Shown here: positions 10,818 through 18,549 of the stretch, one piece after another
Layout of the letters: every line of letters begins with the position of its first letter
Position numbering within the stretch: the stretch's first letter is position 1
Assembly: GCF_000009045.1 (NCBI RefSeq)
Contig: NC_000964.3
Span: 4,050,001-4,082,000, forward strand
DNA from: Bacillus subtilis subsp. subtilis str. 168
Lineage (GTDB): Bacteria; Bacillota; Bacilli; Bacillales; Bacillaceae
Direction of reading: 5' to 3'
DNA: 32,000 bases
The notes under the pieces: generated by a model
The model's input: the letters and a program-made list of their open reading frames with translations, nothing else
Told to the model about the DNA's origin: nothing
Databases searched by the model: none
Translations under genes and position numbers: made by a program

Positions 10818-12143
10818 TTACTTTGCATAGCGGTTTACCGGCTTTTCCAAACCGAAGTGCTCTCGTAATGTTGTGCCTTCATATTCTTTTCTGAACACGC
10901 CGCGCTCCTGTAAAATCGGAACCACTTGATCAACAAACACTTCAATTCCTTCTGGAAGAAGCGGAGGCATGATGTTAAACCCGTCACACGCTTTCGTATC
11001 CACCCATTCCTGCATCTTGTCGGCGAGCTGCTCCGGCGTGCCGACGAAGATATGGTGGCCTCTGGAGCCTGCAACGTATTTGTAAAGCTCTCGTATCGTC
11101 ATATTGTCACGTTCAGCCATCTCCTGAACAAGCTTGAAGCGGCTCTTCACCGCATTGGAAGCTTCGGCGTCAAGCTTCGGCAGCGGCCCATCAAGCGGAT
11201 ATGCCGACAAATCAATTCCGCCTAAGTAATTTTGGAGAATTTGCAGACCGACAGATGGGATAATCAGATCTTGGAGCTCCTTGTATTTGGCTTGCGCTGC
11301 TTCTTCTGTATCGGCAATGATTGGGAAAATACCCGGCATAATGGCAATTTTTTCTGGATCACGTCCGAATTCCGCAGCCTGTTCTTTAATGGATTGATAA
11401 AATTCTTGAGCTGATTCCAGGTGGTTTTGTGCTGTGAAGATCACTTCGGCTGTTTTGGCAGCCAGCGCTTTTCCGTCTCCTGATGATCCTGCCTGGATAA
11501 TGACCGGCTGGCCCTGCGGGGTTCTTGAAACGTTTAGAGGTCCGCGAACCGAGAAATATTCTCCTTTGTGGTTCAGCTCATGCATTTTTTCTTTGTCAAA
11601 GAATTCACCCGTTTCTTTATTACGGATAAAGGCGTCCTCTTCCCATGAATCCCAAAGCCCCTTTACAATCTCGACAAATTCCTCTGCCCGCTGATAGCGC
11701 AAATGGTGTTCAAGGTGCTTTTCACCGCTGAAATTCAGCGCTGTTGATTCAATAGATGAAGTGACGACGTTCCATCCGGCACGGCCATTGGACAGATGAT
11801 CCAATGACGCAAACTGTCTGGCAATATGGAATGGCTCGCTGTATGTAGTGGAGGCTGTTGCTGTCAGTCCGATTTTTGATGTGACCTGCGCCAAAGCAGA
11901 GAGCAGGGTGAATGGCTCAAACCTTGTTAATACATTTGGATGTGATTTGCTGTCAATTGAAAGGCTGTCCGCTAAAAACAGCATATCCAGCTTGCCTCGC
12001 TCCGCTGTTTTCGCAAGCTCTTTAAAATAATCCAAATTCATGCTCGCATCTGACGGCGCGTCCGGGTGCCGCCAAGACGCAACATGATGGCCTGTACCTG
12101 CTAAAAATACCCCTAATTTGATTTGTTTCTTTTTGCTTGTCAT
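10818..12143 (-). CDS. yxeK: FMN-dependent, nitrilotriacetate monooxygenase-type oxygenase (luciferase-like superfamily)
   Basis: 441 aa. N-terminal LGVFLAGTGHHVASWRHPDA and ARFASLDHLSNGRAGWNVVTS are typical of the NtaA/SnaA/DszA family. First gene of the operon. Confidence 0.93.
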   Translation of the reverse strand: MTSKKKQIKLGVFLAGTGHHVASWRHPDAPSDASMNLDYFKELAKTAERGKLDMLFLADSLSIDSKSHPNVLTRFEPFTLLSALAQVTSKIGLTATASTTYSEPFHIARQFASLDHLSNGRAGWNVVTSSIESTALNFSGEKHLEHHLRYQRAEEFVEIVKGLWDSWEEDAFIRNKETGEFFDKEKMHELNHKGEYFSVRGPLNVSRTPQGQPVIIQAGSSGDGKALAAKTAEVIFTAQNHLESAQEFYQSIKEQAAEFGRDPEKIAIMPGIFPIIADTEEAAQAKYKELQDLIIPSVGLQILQNYLGGIDLSAYPLDGPLPKLDAEASNAVKSRFKLVQEMAERDNMTIRELYKYVAGSRGHHIFVGTPEQLADKMQEWVDTKACDGFNIMPPLLPEGIEVFVDQVVPILQERGVFRKEYEGTTLREHFGLEKPVNRYAK

Positions 12144-12240
12144 GGCGATACTCCTTTTATCATGTTTTTAGGCTGAATAATCCGAAAAATAAACTCCTAT
12201 ATTCCTAGTCGTTTAATATGAATAAATCAAAATGTACCTT
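12144..12240 (-). promoter_or_regulatory. Promoter/leader region of the yxeK operon, possibly containing a CymR-type site
   Basis: AT-rich upstream region reading TTGATTTATTCATATTAAACGACTAGGAATATAGGAGTTTATTTTTCGG, followed by an AAAAGGAGT RBS and ATG. CymR control of this operon is recalled from literature; the exact box is not resolved by eye. Confidence 0.4.
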
Positions 12241-12358
12241 TGTCTTGGACGTTTGTCAATGAGTTAAGATTAATTTTTTCTATTCAAGCGAAAAGACCCT
12301 TGCGTGACCATGAGGGAACGGCATTGATTCATTCAACTAGTGCAACCTCTATATCGGC

Positions 12359-12398
12359 AAGAAAACTGAGTCTAATGAAGCAAAGACTCAGTTTTCTT
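12359..12398. repeat. Perfect 14-bp inverted repeat, possible bidirectional terminator
   Basis: AAGAAAACTGAGTC (12359-12372), 12-nt loop, GACTCAGTTTTCTT (12385-12398). Confidence 0.6.
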
Positions 12399-12496
12399 CC
12401 AATAATTTCATATAAGATTTCGCCATTTCCTTTGCCTTTTCTTCGCTTTTGCAAACCGCCTATCCATTCAGACGCCGTAACGATTGTATAAAAAAA

Positions 12497-12531
12497 CAGC
12501 TGACTCCAGATATTCAAACCGGAATCAGCTG
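12497..12531 (-). terminator. Intrinsic terminator after yxeI
   Basis: Minus strand: CAGCTGATTCCGG-TTTGAATAT-CTGGAGTCAGCTG followed by TTTTTTATAC. About 13-bp stem with G:U pairs, just downstream of the yxeI stop. Confidence 0.85.
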
Positions 12532-12542
12532 ATTGATGTGAA

Positions 12543-13529
12543 TTAATTAAGCTCATGAATACTCTCTTCTGCTTTAGCGGAAAACACTTTAGGCTCCAAA
12601 CAGTCAAGGTCTTCATGAAATAAATTTACTTTTTGGATTTGCCGATTGTCATAGTGGTGGAAATAGTAGTTTCCAGTTTCGTTGCACATCACGGAAGTAT
12701 ATTGCGTATAATGAATTTCGTCTTCTTCCGTTATCACTGCGCCCTTTGGTATCGTCATATTTGCCAAAATTTGAAAAGCGGCTGTTACACCTTTCGTTTC
12801 ATCGGCCGCCGGCTCTAGATGTTCTTTCAAATAAACAGCTCTGACAAACCGGGAAGGCGGTGTATAATCCCCCGGCAGACCAACAGTTCCTAAGCCTTGG
12901 CCAAAAGCAGAAAGGGCTAATCCGCCCATCTCTTTGCTCTCTAATTGCTTCGGTCTGATTCCTGTATATTGCTGCAGATTGGTTACATGCCATATAAAGT
13001 CGGGGCTGTTCGTCATGACACCAGGTTGATTATCATAGACTTTGAGGCCGTCTGCTCTTGGTTCTATCGTCAGGTTTCGGCCCGTCCGGTCTGACAATAT
13101 CCAGTGAAGCGGTAAAACTGTATCCAATAGATCTAATTTTTTCTCTACAATCGTTAAAGATCGAATCTTTTCTTTTACGTCTTCCAAAGACTGACAGACT
13201 GACAGCACCCATGTCACAAACTCATGCGGGACAATGTGAACGGTATCTTCCCGTATCGTTTTTTCGTACTCCGCATAGCCCGGAAAATAAAGCGCCGCAC
13301 AAGATAAACCGCTTTCATTAATGCCGTCGGCAAATAATATATTTCCAAGTTTTCTCCCCATACCGATAAACGCGTACTGTGTCTGATGGGCCCTTCCGTC
13401 AGCTTCACTGTTCCAGCTGTAACGGCGCGGATAGAGAATCACCTCTGTCCCCAGCTGAAATGCAAAATCCATTGTTCTTGCTAATACATGTTTACGGTCA
13501 GCAGTTTCCAATGTAAGACTTGTGCACAT
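12543..13529 (-). CDS. yxeI: Linear amide C-N hydrolase, choloylglycine hydrolase / penicillin V acylase family (Ntn hydrolase)
   Basis: 328 aa starting [22 protein letters not shown]. Cys2 is the expected Ntn nucleophile; motifs [13 protein letters not shown]-like ([17 protein letters not shown]) and [13 protein letters not shown] match. No signal peptide. Confidence 0.92.
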
Positions 13530-13653
13530 TTGATCAGTCCCCTTTTCAATTCAGATTAATATCATACATATTGTGAACGAATTGGTTTTATCAGCATAAC
13601 GAAAGTCAAATCGATTCGTCAAAGAATTGACATTACATCAAATAAAACGAAAA

Positions 13654-13678
13654 AATCCAGCCTTTAGAAGGCTGGATT
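13654..13678 (-). terminator. Intrinsic terminator after yxeH
   Basis: AATCCAGCCTT-TAG-AAGGCTGGATT, 11-bp stem with flanking A and T tracts; directly 3' of yxeH. Confidence 0.85.
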
Positions 13679-13683
13679 TTTTA

Positions 13684-14496
13684 TTATTTAGCCAAAACAA
13701 GCTCGTGAATCGCATGTGCAACGCCATGTTCATTATTGGAGCGTGTTTGAAAGTTTGCTGCTTCCAATACTTCTGGGATGGCGTTTGCCATGGCAACCCC
13801 GCAGCCCGCCCATTCGATCATTGTCAGGTCGTTCCCGTTGTCGCCTATGCACATGACTTCCGCCTGTTCAATTCCAAGCAGCTGAGCCAGCTGGCGTACA
13901 GCATTTCCTTTGCTGGCTTCCGAGTGCAGAATTTCATAAAAGAAAGGCGCGCTTCTGACCATTGTATATTTTTCTCTCACGTCTTTTGGAATCGATGTAA
14001 TGACGCGGCTTAAGTTCTCCGGTTTATCAATAAACATCACTTTCGGGATGAGGATATCTTTTGGCACCTCGTCAATCTTGCGGAAATGAAGCGGCACCTG
14101 TGTCACATAGGATTCGTATACGGTAAATTCGCTAATATCCCGGTTAGGCGTATACAAATTAGATGAGTCAAAGAAATGCATCGGCGTCTTCAGCTCTAAG
14201 CTCAGGTCATATAATGAAGTCAAATCATCATAACCGAGAGACAGCTCTGAGACCACTTCATTTGTATGCGTATTTTGAACAAGTGCTCCATTATACGCAA
14301 TAACATAGTCGCCTTCTTCAATTAAATTCAGTTCATCTAAATATCTCTGCACACCCCCGATAGGCCGGCCGGTGCAAAGCACAATTTTGACACCTTCCGC
14401 TTTTGCCGCGTGAAGGGCGTCGCGGACCTCCTCTGTTACTTCATGATGATCATTTAAAAGTGTTCCATCCATATCAATTGCAATTAGTTTGTACAT
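13684..14496 (-). CDS. yxeH: HAD-superfamily (Cof-type) hydrolase / sugar phosphatase
   Basis: 270 aa. HAD motifs: motif I YKLIAIDMDGTLLND, motif II LCTGRP, motif III and IV KGNAVRQLAQ...VMCIGDNGNDLTMIEWAGCGVAMANA. Confidence 0.94.
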   Translation of the reverse strand: MYKLIAIDMDGTLLNDHHEVTEEVRDALHAAKAEGVKIVLCTGRPIGGVQRYLDELNLIEEGDYVIAYNGALVQNTHTNEVVSELSLGYDDLTSLYDLSLELKTPMHFFDSSNLYTPNRDISEFTVYESYVTQVPLHFRKIDEVPKDILIPKVMFIDKPENLSRVITSIPKDVREKYTMVRSAPFFYEILHSEASKGNAVRQLAQLLGIEQAEVMCIGDNGNDLTMIEWAGCGVAMANAIPEVLEAANFQTRSNNEHGVAHAIHELVLAK

Positions 14497-14535
14497 CCTG
14501 CATCTCCTTCATGTCGTTTTCAGGCTATAGTCCCA

Positions 14536-15093
14536 TCATATCGTTTTTTCTTTTTGATATTCAACCGGAAGAGATGGTTTTCTCCGGATTCTGTTTAGAC
14601 GCCGCCCTTGTCTTCGGATACGCAAGCGCGGTTTCCGCTTTCTTTCTGCCTTGACGCCGTTTTCTGCTTTTTTCTGTTTCATCAGCAGAAAGCCGGCAGC
14701 TAGAAAAGGAATGCCGGTTATATTCAAGATGGCAAGCTTCACACCCGCCGCGATGAAAAAGAACCCCCATGAAGATGATGGATTCCGTCTGATCATGACG
14801 TAAGCCGCCATTTCCAGAACGATCAGGATGGCATGAAGCACTATGCCATAAATCAGCAATACAAGGGCAAAAAACAAAACATAATTCACGATTGCCCCTG
14901 AGTACATCATAGCGCGCATCATTTGTATAAACGATAAGGACTGCATGGAGCCGCTGATGACATTAGGGTTATAGATCGTATAGTCACTAAATAAATGTTT
15001 GACTTTGAGAAAAGCCCATAATATAAATATCCATTGAATGATATGTAAAACAAGCCCCGCTGCCACCAGTCTTTCAGCTTTTTGATTTCTCAT
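14536..15093 (-). CDS. yxeG: Uncharacterised membrane protein with about four hydrophobic segments
   Basis: 185-aa ORF with RBS GGGAGGAG upstream and TM-like stretches (AGLVLHIIQWIFILWAFLKV; AIVNYVLFFALVLLIYGIVLHAILIVLEMAAYV; FFFIAAGVKLAILNITGIPFLAAGFLLM). Confidence 0.85.
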   Translation of the reverse strand: MRNQKAERLVAAGLVLHIIQWIFILWAFLKVKHLFSDYTIYNPNVISGSMQSLSFIQMMRAMMYSGAIVNYVLFFALVLLIYGIVLHAILIVLEMAAYVMIRRNPSSSWGFFFIAAGVKLAILNITGIPFLAAGFLLMKQKKAENGVKAERKRKPRLRIRRQGRRLNRIRRKPSLPVEYQKEKTI

Positions 15094-15508
15094 CTTTCTC
15101 CTCCCTGCCGGTCTTTGATTCGATTCTTGTCATCGTTTTTCTCTGTCCATTTTGCTCCCATATCAATGTCCCGTTTTCTCCTCTTTTCAGCGTGCTTTTG
15201 AGCGGATAATAAGGGCCGAGGTACTGAATCTCGATAGACCCGTCAGTGCTTTGGGAAATCACCTTGTATGCCATAAAAGGCAGCTGTACCTCTCCTCTTC
15301 CTTCCATCACTTCCGTTTCCACAACCTCGTCTTCGGTAAATGTGACTGTTGCTGATTTCACACCGTCCGTTGGCCCGGGGGCACGCCCCTCATCCCACGT
15401 TCCGTAATAAAACGGCGTCTCTTCTTTTTGCTGCTGGCAGCCCGATACCATGATGCATACAGCAATTAAAAACAAAATGCCATATTTGTTTCTCAAGGGG
15501 ATCACCAT
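15074..15508 (-). CDS. yxeF: Uncharacterised lipoprotein
   Basis: 144 aa from [30 protein letters not shown] with a lipobox (IMVSGC) and an AAAGGAGGAAAGA RBS. The 3' end overlaps yxeG by 20 nt. Confidence 0.88.
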
Positions 15509-15556
15509 TCTTTCCTCCTTTTTTGGGCGAATGCCGTGCCACTGTGCCAATGACTA

Positions 15557-15565
15557 CATAAGTTA
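15557..15565 (+). promoter_or_regulatory. Possible sigma-K/E-type -10 element for yxeE
   Basis: CATAAGTTA matches CATANNNTA and lies about 32 nt upstream of the yxeE ATG. The -35 element is weak; assignment leans on YxeE being a known spore-coat protein. Confidence 0.35.
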
Positions 15566-15596
15566 TAAGGAATTCACCCACAAGGAGACTGATCAC

Positions 15597-15962
15597 ATGA
15601 ACCCTTATCAATATTACAGCCCTCAGCTGCCTCAGCAGGAACCTTACTATAGCCACTATGAGTACAATCCTTATCCGCAGCAGGATGTATACGATCCATA
15701 CCAAATGGACAGACAGCCGGCATTGGAAAGAAGAATCGCAGCACTTGAACGGCAAAATGAACAGCAGTCAAGAGAATTAACCCGTCTGACAAACGAAGAC
15801 CGCCGTCAAAATCGGGAAATTGCACGGATTGCCGAACAGGTCAATCAGTTAAGCCAGGCTGTTGAACGCCATACACGCCGCCTAAATCGGCTCAATCAGC
15901 GCCTCCGTACAGTAGAAAACCGGCTGAATATCCCATTTACTGCAGGGGAAGGCGGTTTCTGA
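15597..15962 (+). CDS. yxeE: Spore (inner) coat protein with a coiled-coil-like body
   Basis: 121 aa from [32 protein letters not shown] preceded by CAAGGAGACTGATCAC. Tyr/Pro/Gln-rich N-terminus followed by heptad-like [15 protein letters not shown]...RTVENRLN. Confidence 0.88.
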
Positions 15963-15980
15963 GCGAAACAAAGAAAAAAA

Positions 15981-16020
15981 GCGGAATACGATTCTCCCAT
16001 CTCAGGGTTTCGTTTTCCGC
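15981..16020 (+). terminator. Imperfect hairpin, likely terminator of yxeE
   Basis: GCGGAATACG ... CGTTTTCCGC with one mismatch, followed by ATTTCTTAT; 18 nt after the yxeE stop. Confidence 0.45.
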
Positions 16021-16209
16021 ATTTCTTATATGTTAAAACGGAACATTTACATAAAAAGGGTTTGTACCCAGTATACAATCTTTACCGTTTTCATTCAAAG
16101 ATAGAGGGGCTGAGGAAAATAATTGTAGTTCCTCTTTGACGGAATTTCTTTTCATTCAAGTTGCATGATAATACCGACTCACGTCAATCGATACATGGAG
16201 GGATCATTC

Positions 16210-16563
16210 ATGCATAATACACAACACGGCTTGCAGCAGCTGAACCAATGCCGCCAAACTGCTCAGCAGCTCATTCAGCAAACACAGCAAAGCAGCCAGC
16301 AATATCGCCAAATGCTTCATCAGGAACAGCAAAACATCCAAATGCTGCAGCAGATTCTAAACCACGAACAACAAGCTGCACATACCATTCAGCAAGCACT
16401 GCACGGGCATGACATGGCGATTCAAAAGTGCCAGCAGGTTGTCAACATGTGCAACCAAATGCAACAGGAACTTACTGGACAATCCAGCGTCATGAATACG
16501 AATGTGTCTACACTTCCATTCGGCCAAAACACGACATTTCAGCAGCAATCCTACCAGCAGTAA
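16210..16563 (+). CDS. yxeD: Gln-rich small protein, spore-associated (YxeD)
   Basis: 117 aa from MHNTQHGLQQLNQCRQTAQQLIQQTQQ, preceded by the GGAGGG RBS. The ORF track start at 16165 is upstream of the RBS. Confidence 0.8.
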   Translation: MHNTQHGLQQLNQCRQTAQQLIQQTQQSSQQYRQMLHQEQQNIQMLQQILNHEQQAAHTIQQALHGHDMAIQKCQQVVNMCNQMQQELTGQSSVMNTNVSTLPFGQNTTFQQQSYQQ

Positions 16564-16569
16564 CATATA

Positions 16570-16602
16570 AAAAGCTCAACACAATGCGAGTGTTGAGCTT
16601 TT
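16570..16602. terminator. Bidirectional intrinsic terminator between convergent yxeD and yxeC
   Basis: AAAAGCTCAACAC-AATGCGA-GTGTTGAGCTTTT, perfect 13-bp stem with T-tract. Confidence 0.9.
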
Positions 16603-16606
16603 TTTC

Positions 16607-17005
16607 TTACTGTTCTTTGCGAATATGTATATCCTGAATAGACTGTTTCGGTGCATGAAATCTGCTCTCGGCTTCACTTCTTGCCTCGGCAAAAGCCCGC
16701 GCCTCCACATGATCTTTGTAGACATCCAGCTGAATCAAATACAGCGGGCGCACTTTAAATCCATGAATAATGGTTACCGCCCATAACGGGACCACAATAA
16801 AAACACCGGGCAGATCGGGCAAAACAAAACCAAACGCAAAAATGAAAAAATAAATGATGCCGTACATGATCCACTTTCTATTTCTAACCTTGATGCCAAT
16901 AAATAAAAAGGCAAAAAAACTGGTAATGGCAAAAGGCATGAAAATAAACAGCATCCACCAGCTATGCAGCCATTCCCAAGCGGCACCTCTTTTTGTAATT
17001 CCCAT
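16607..17005 (-). CDS. yxeC: Uncharacterised small membrane protein
   Basis: 132-aa ORF with three hydrophobic segments (WWMLFIFMPFAITSFFAFLFIGI; WIMYGIIYFFIFAFGFVLPDL; GVFIVVPLWAVTIIHGF). Start flanked by an AGGAGGAGAAAAA RBS. Confidence 0.82.
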   Translation of the reverse strand: MGITKRGAAWEWLHSWWMLFIFMPFAITSFFAFLFIGIKVRNRKWIMYGIIYFFIFAFGFVLPDLPGVFIVVPLWAVTIIHGFKVRPLYLIQLDVYKDHVEARAFAEARSEAESRFHAPKQSIQDIHIRKEQ

Positions 17006-17113
17006 ATTTTTCTCCTCCTATTTACCTATAATAATCGATTAGGCACACCGCGTCACCCATAAACGGGAAAAACTTTCTCCCTTAAAAATAGTGATAGACG
17101 GAGAACAGGTTTC

Positions 17114-17149
17114 TTGCTATATTATTAATTGATAATGATAATCATTACT
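17114..17149 (+). promoter_or_regulatory. Sigma-A-like promoter with overlapping Fur box upstream of yxeB
   Basis: TTGCTA - 17 bp - GATAAT, with GATAATGATAATCATTACT (17131-17149) matching the 19-bp Fur consensus GATAATGATAATCATTATC at 17 of 19 positions. Confidence 0.88.
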
Positions 17150-17182
17150 AATCTATTGAGATACATAGTGGGAGGGTTCTTG

Positions 17183-18148
17183 ATGAAAAAGAACATATTG
17201 CTCGTGGGCATGCTTGTGCTGCTTCTCATGTTTGTCAGCGCTTGCAGCGGCACGGCTTCTAAAGGGAGCTCAAGCGATTCTGCTTCCGAAAAAACAGAAA
17301 TGAGAACATACAAATCACCAAAAGGGAACGTCAACATTCCTGCACATCCGAAACGCATCGTCACTGATTTTTATGCCGGTGAATTGCTGTCTGTCGGGGC
17401 CAATGTGGTCGGCTCAGGCTCATGGTCATTTGATAATCCGTTTTTAAAATCAAAGCTGAAAAATGTGAAGGATGTTGGTGATCCAATAAGCGTTGAAAAA
17501 GTGATGGAGCTTCAGCCTGACTTAATTGTTGTCATGAATGAAGAGAATGTTGATAAATTAAAGAAAATCGCTCCGACTGTTGTCATACCTTATAACACAG
17601 CGAAAAACGTAGAAGACACAGTCAGCATGTTCGGAGATATCGCCGGAGCGAAAGACCAAGCAAAATCCTTTATGGCTGACTTTAACAAAAAAGCGGAAGC
17701 AGCTAAGAAGAAAATTGCCGGCGTCATCGACAAAGATGCAACCTTCGGCATTTATGAAAACACAGACAAGGGCGAATTCTGGGTGTTCAATGACAATGGC
17801 GGACGCGGCGGCCAAGCTGTATACAATGCACTTGGGTTAAAAGCGCCTGAAAAAATTGAGCAAGATGTCATCAAAAAAGGAGAGATGAAACAGCTCTCTC
17901 AAGAGGTTATTCCTGAGTATGCCGCAGATTATATGTTCATTACGGATTACAACCCGAAAGGCGAAAGCAAAACACTCGACAAGCTGGAGAATTCCTCCAT
18001 TTGGAAAAATCTTGACGCTGTTAAACATAATCGCGTGTTTATCAATGACTTTGACTCGTTCTACCCGTACGACCCGATTTCTGTCAGCAAACAGGTGGAT
18101 ATCATCACCGACATGCTGATCAAACGGGCCGAAGAAAATAAAAAATAA
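17183..18148 (+). CDS. yxeB: Iron(III)-hydroxamate (ferrioxamine) ABC transporter substrate-binding lipoprotein
   Basis: 321 aa from MKKNILLVGMLVLLLMFVSACSG (lipobox). FepB/FhuD-type motifs (KRIVTDFYAGELLSVGANVVGSG; KKIAPTVVIPY) and a Fur box upstream. Confidence 0.93.
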   Translation: MKKNILLVGMLVLLLMFVSACSGTASKGSSSDSASEKTEMRTYKSPKGNVNIPAHPKRIVTDFYAGELLSVGANVVGSGSWSFDNPFLKSKLKNVKDVGDPISVEKVMELQPDLIVVMNEENVDKLKKIAPTVVIPYNTAKNVEDTVSMFGDIAGAKDQAKSFMADFNKKAEAAKKKIAGVIDKDATFGIYENTDKGEFWVFNDNGGRGGQAVYNALGLKAPEKIEQDVIKKGEMKQLSQEVIPEYAADYMFITDYNPKGESKTLDKLENSSIWKNLDAVKHNRVFINDFDSFYPYDPISVSKQVDIITDMLIKRAEENKK

Positions 18149-18183
18149 AAAAACGGCACAGTCATGACGCTGTGCCGTTTTTT
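18147..18183. terminator. Bidirectional terminator between convergent yxeB and yxeA
   Basis: AAAAAACGGCACAG-TCATGACG-CTGTGCCGTTTTTT. Confidence 0.92.
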
Positions 18184-18188
18184 ATGAT

Positions 18189-18536
18189 TCACTTTAATTT
18201 TGACTGTACGGAGTCCGGCATATCTTCAAACTTGACTTCTTCCCAAGTCTCGACATACTTTCCTTTCGCCTTCACCTTCAAATACGCGTTCTTCCGAAGC
18301 TCTTTGCCGGCGAAAAAGGTCACTTCTTCTTTTTTCCCGGATGCATTATATCCGTCTAATGTATATTCAGTACCGCCCGGACTAAGATGTCTGCCATCTC
18401 GATCAATCTGAACATAGACATCTTGCTGGTGAATAAACGGATTAAATCTGTCTGTAACATCGTTATGAAAAAAGAGAAGCCCGCATATTACGGCAGCAGC
18501 CGCCAAGACGGCCAGGATTGCCATTGCTTTTTTCAT
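18189..18536 (-). CDS. yxeA: YxeA family (DUF1093) secreted protein
   Basis: 115 aa with N-terminal signal/anchor MKKAMAILAVLAAAAVICGLLFF. Immediately downstream of yxdM. Confidence 0.88.
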   Translation of the reverse strand: MKKAMAILAVLAAAAVICGLLFFHNDVTDRFNPFIHQQDVYVQIDRDGRHLSPGGTEYTLDGYNASGKKEEVTFFAGKELRKNAYLKVKAKGKYVETWEEVKFEDMPDSVQSKLK

Positions 18537-18549
18537 CTTTGCACTCCCC

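Noticed and set aside
12329-12616. 95-aa minus-strand ORF and the 83-aa plus-strand ORF 12240..12491 in the yxeK-yxeI gap (possible yxeJ-type hypothetical)
   Set aside because: Both run through two hairpins. The 95-aa ORF also overlaps the yxeI 3' end and terminator, and neither has a convincing RBS or domain. A hypothetical gene may be annotated here in some genomes, but I cannot support it.
18147-18183. Palindromic GC-rich sequence considered as a possible mobile-element or attachment-site end
   Set aside because: It is a standard bidirectional terminator between convergent yxeB and yxeA, with no target duplication or transposase nearby.
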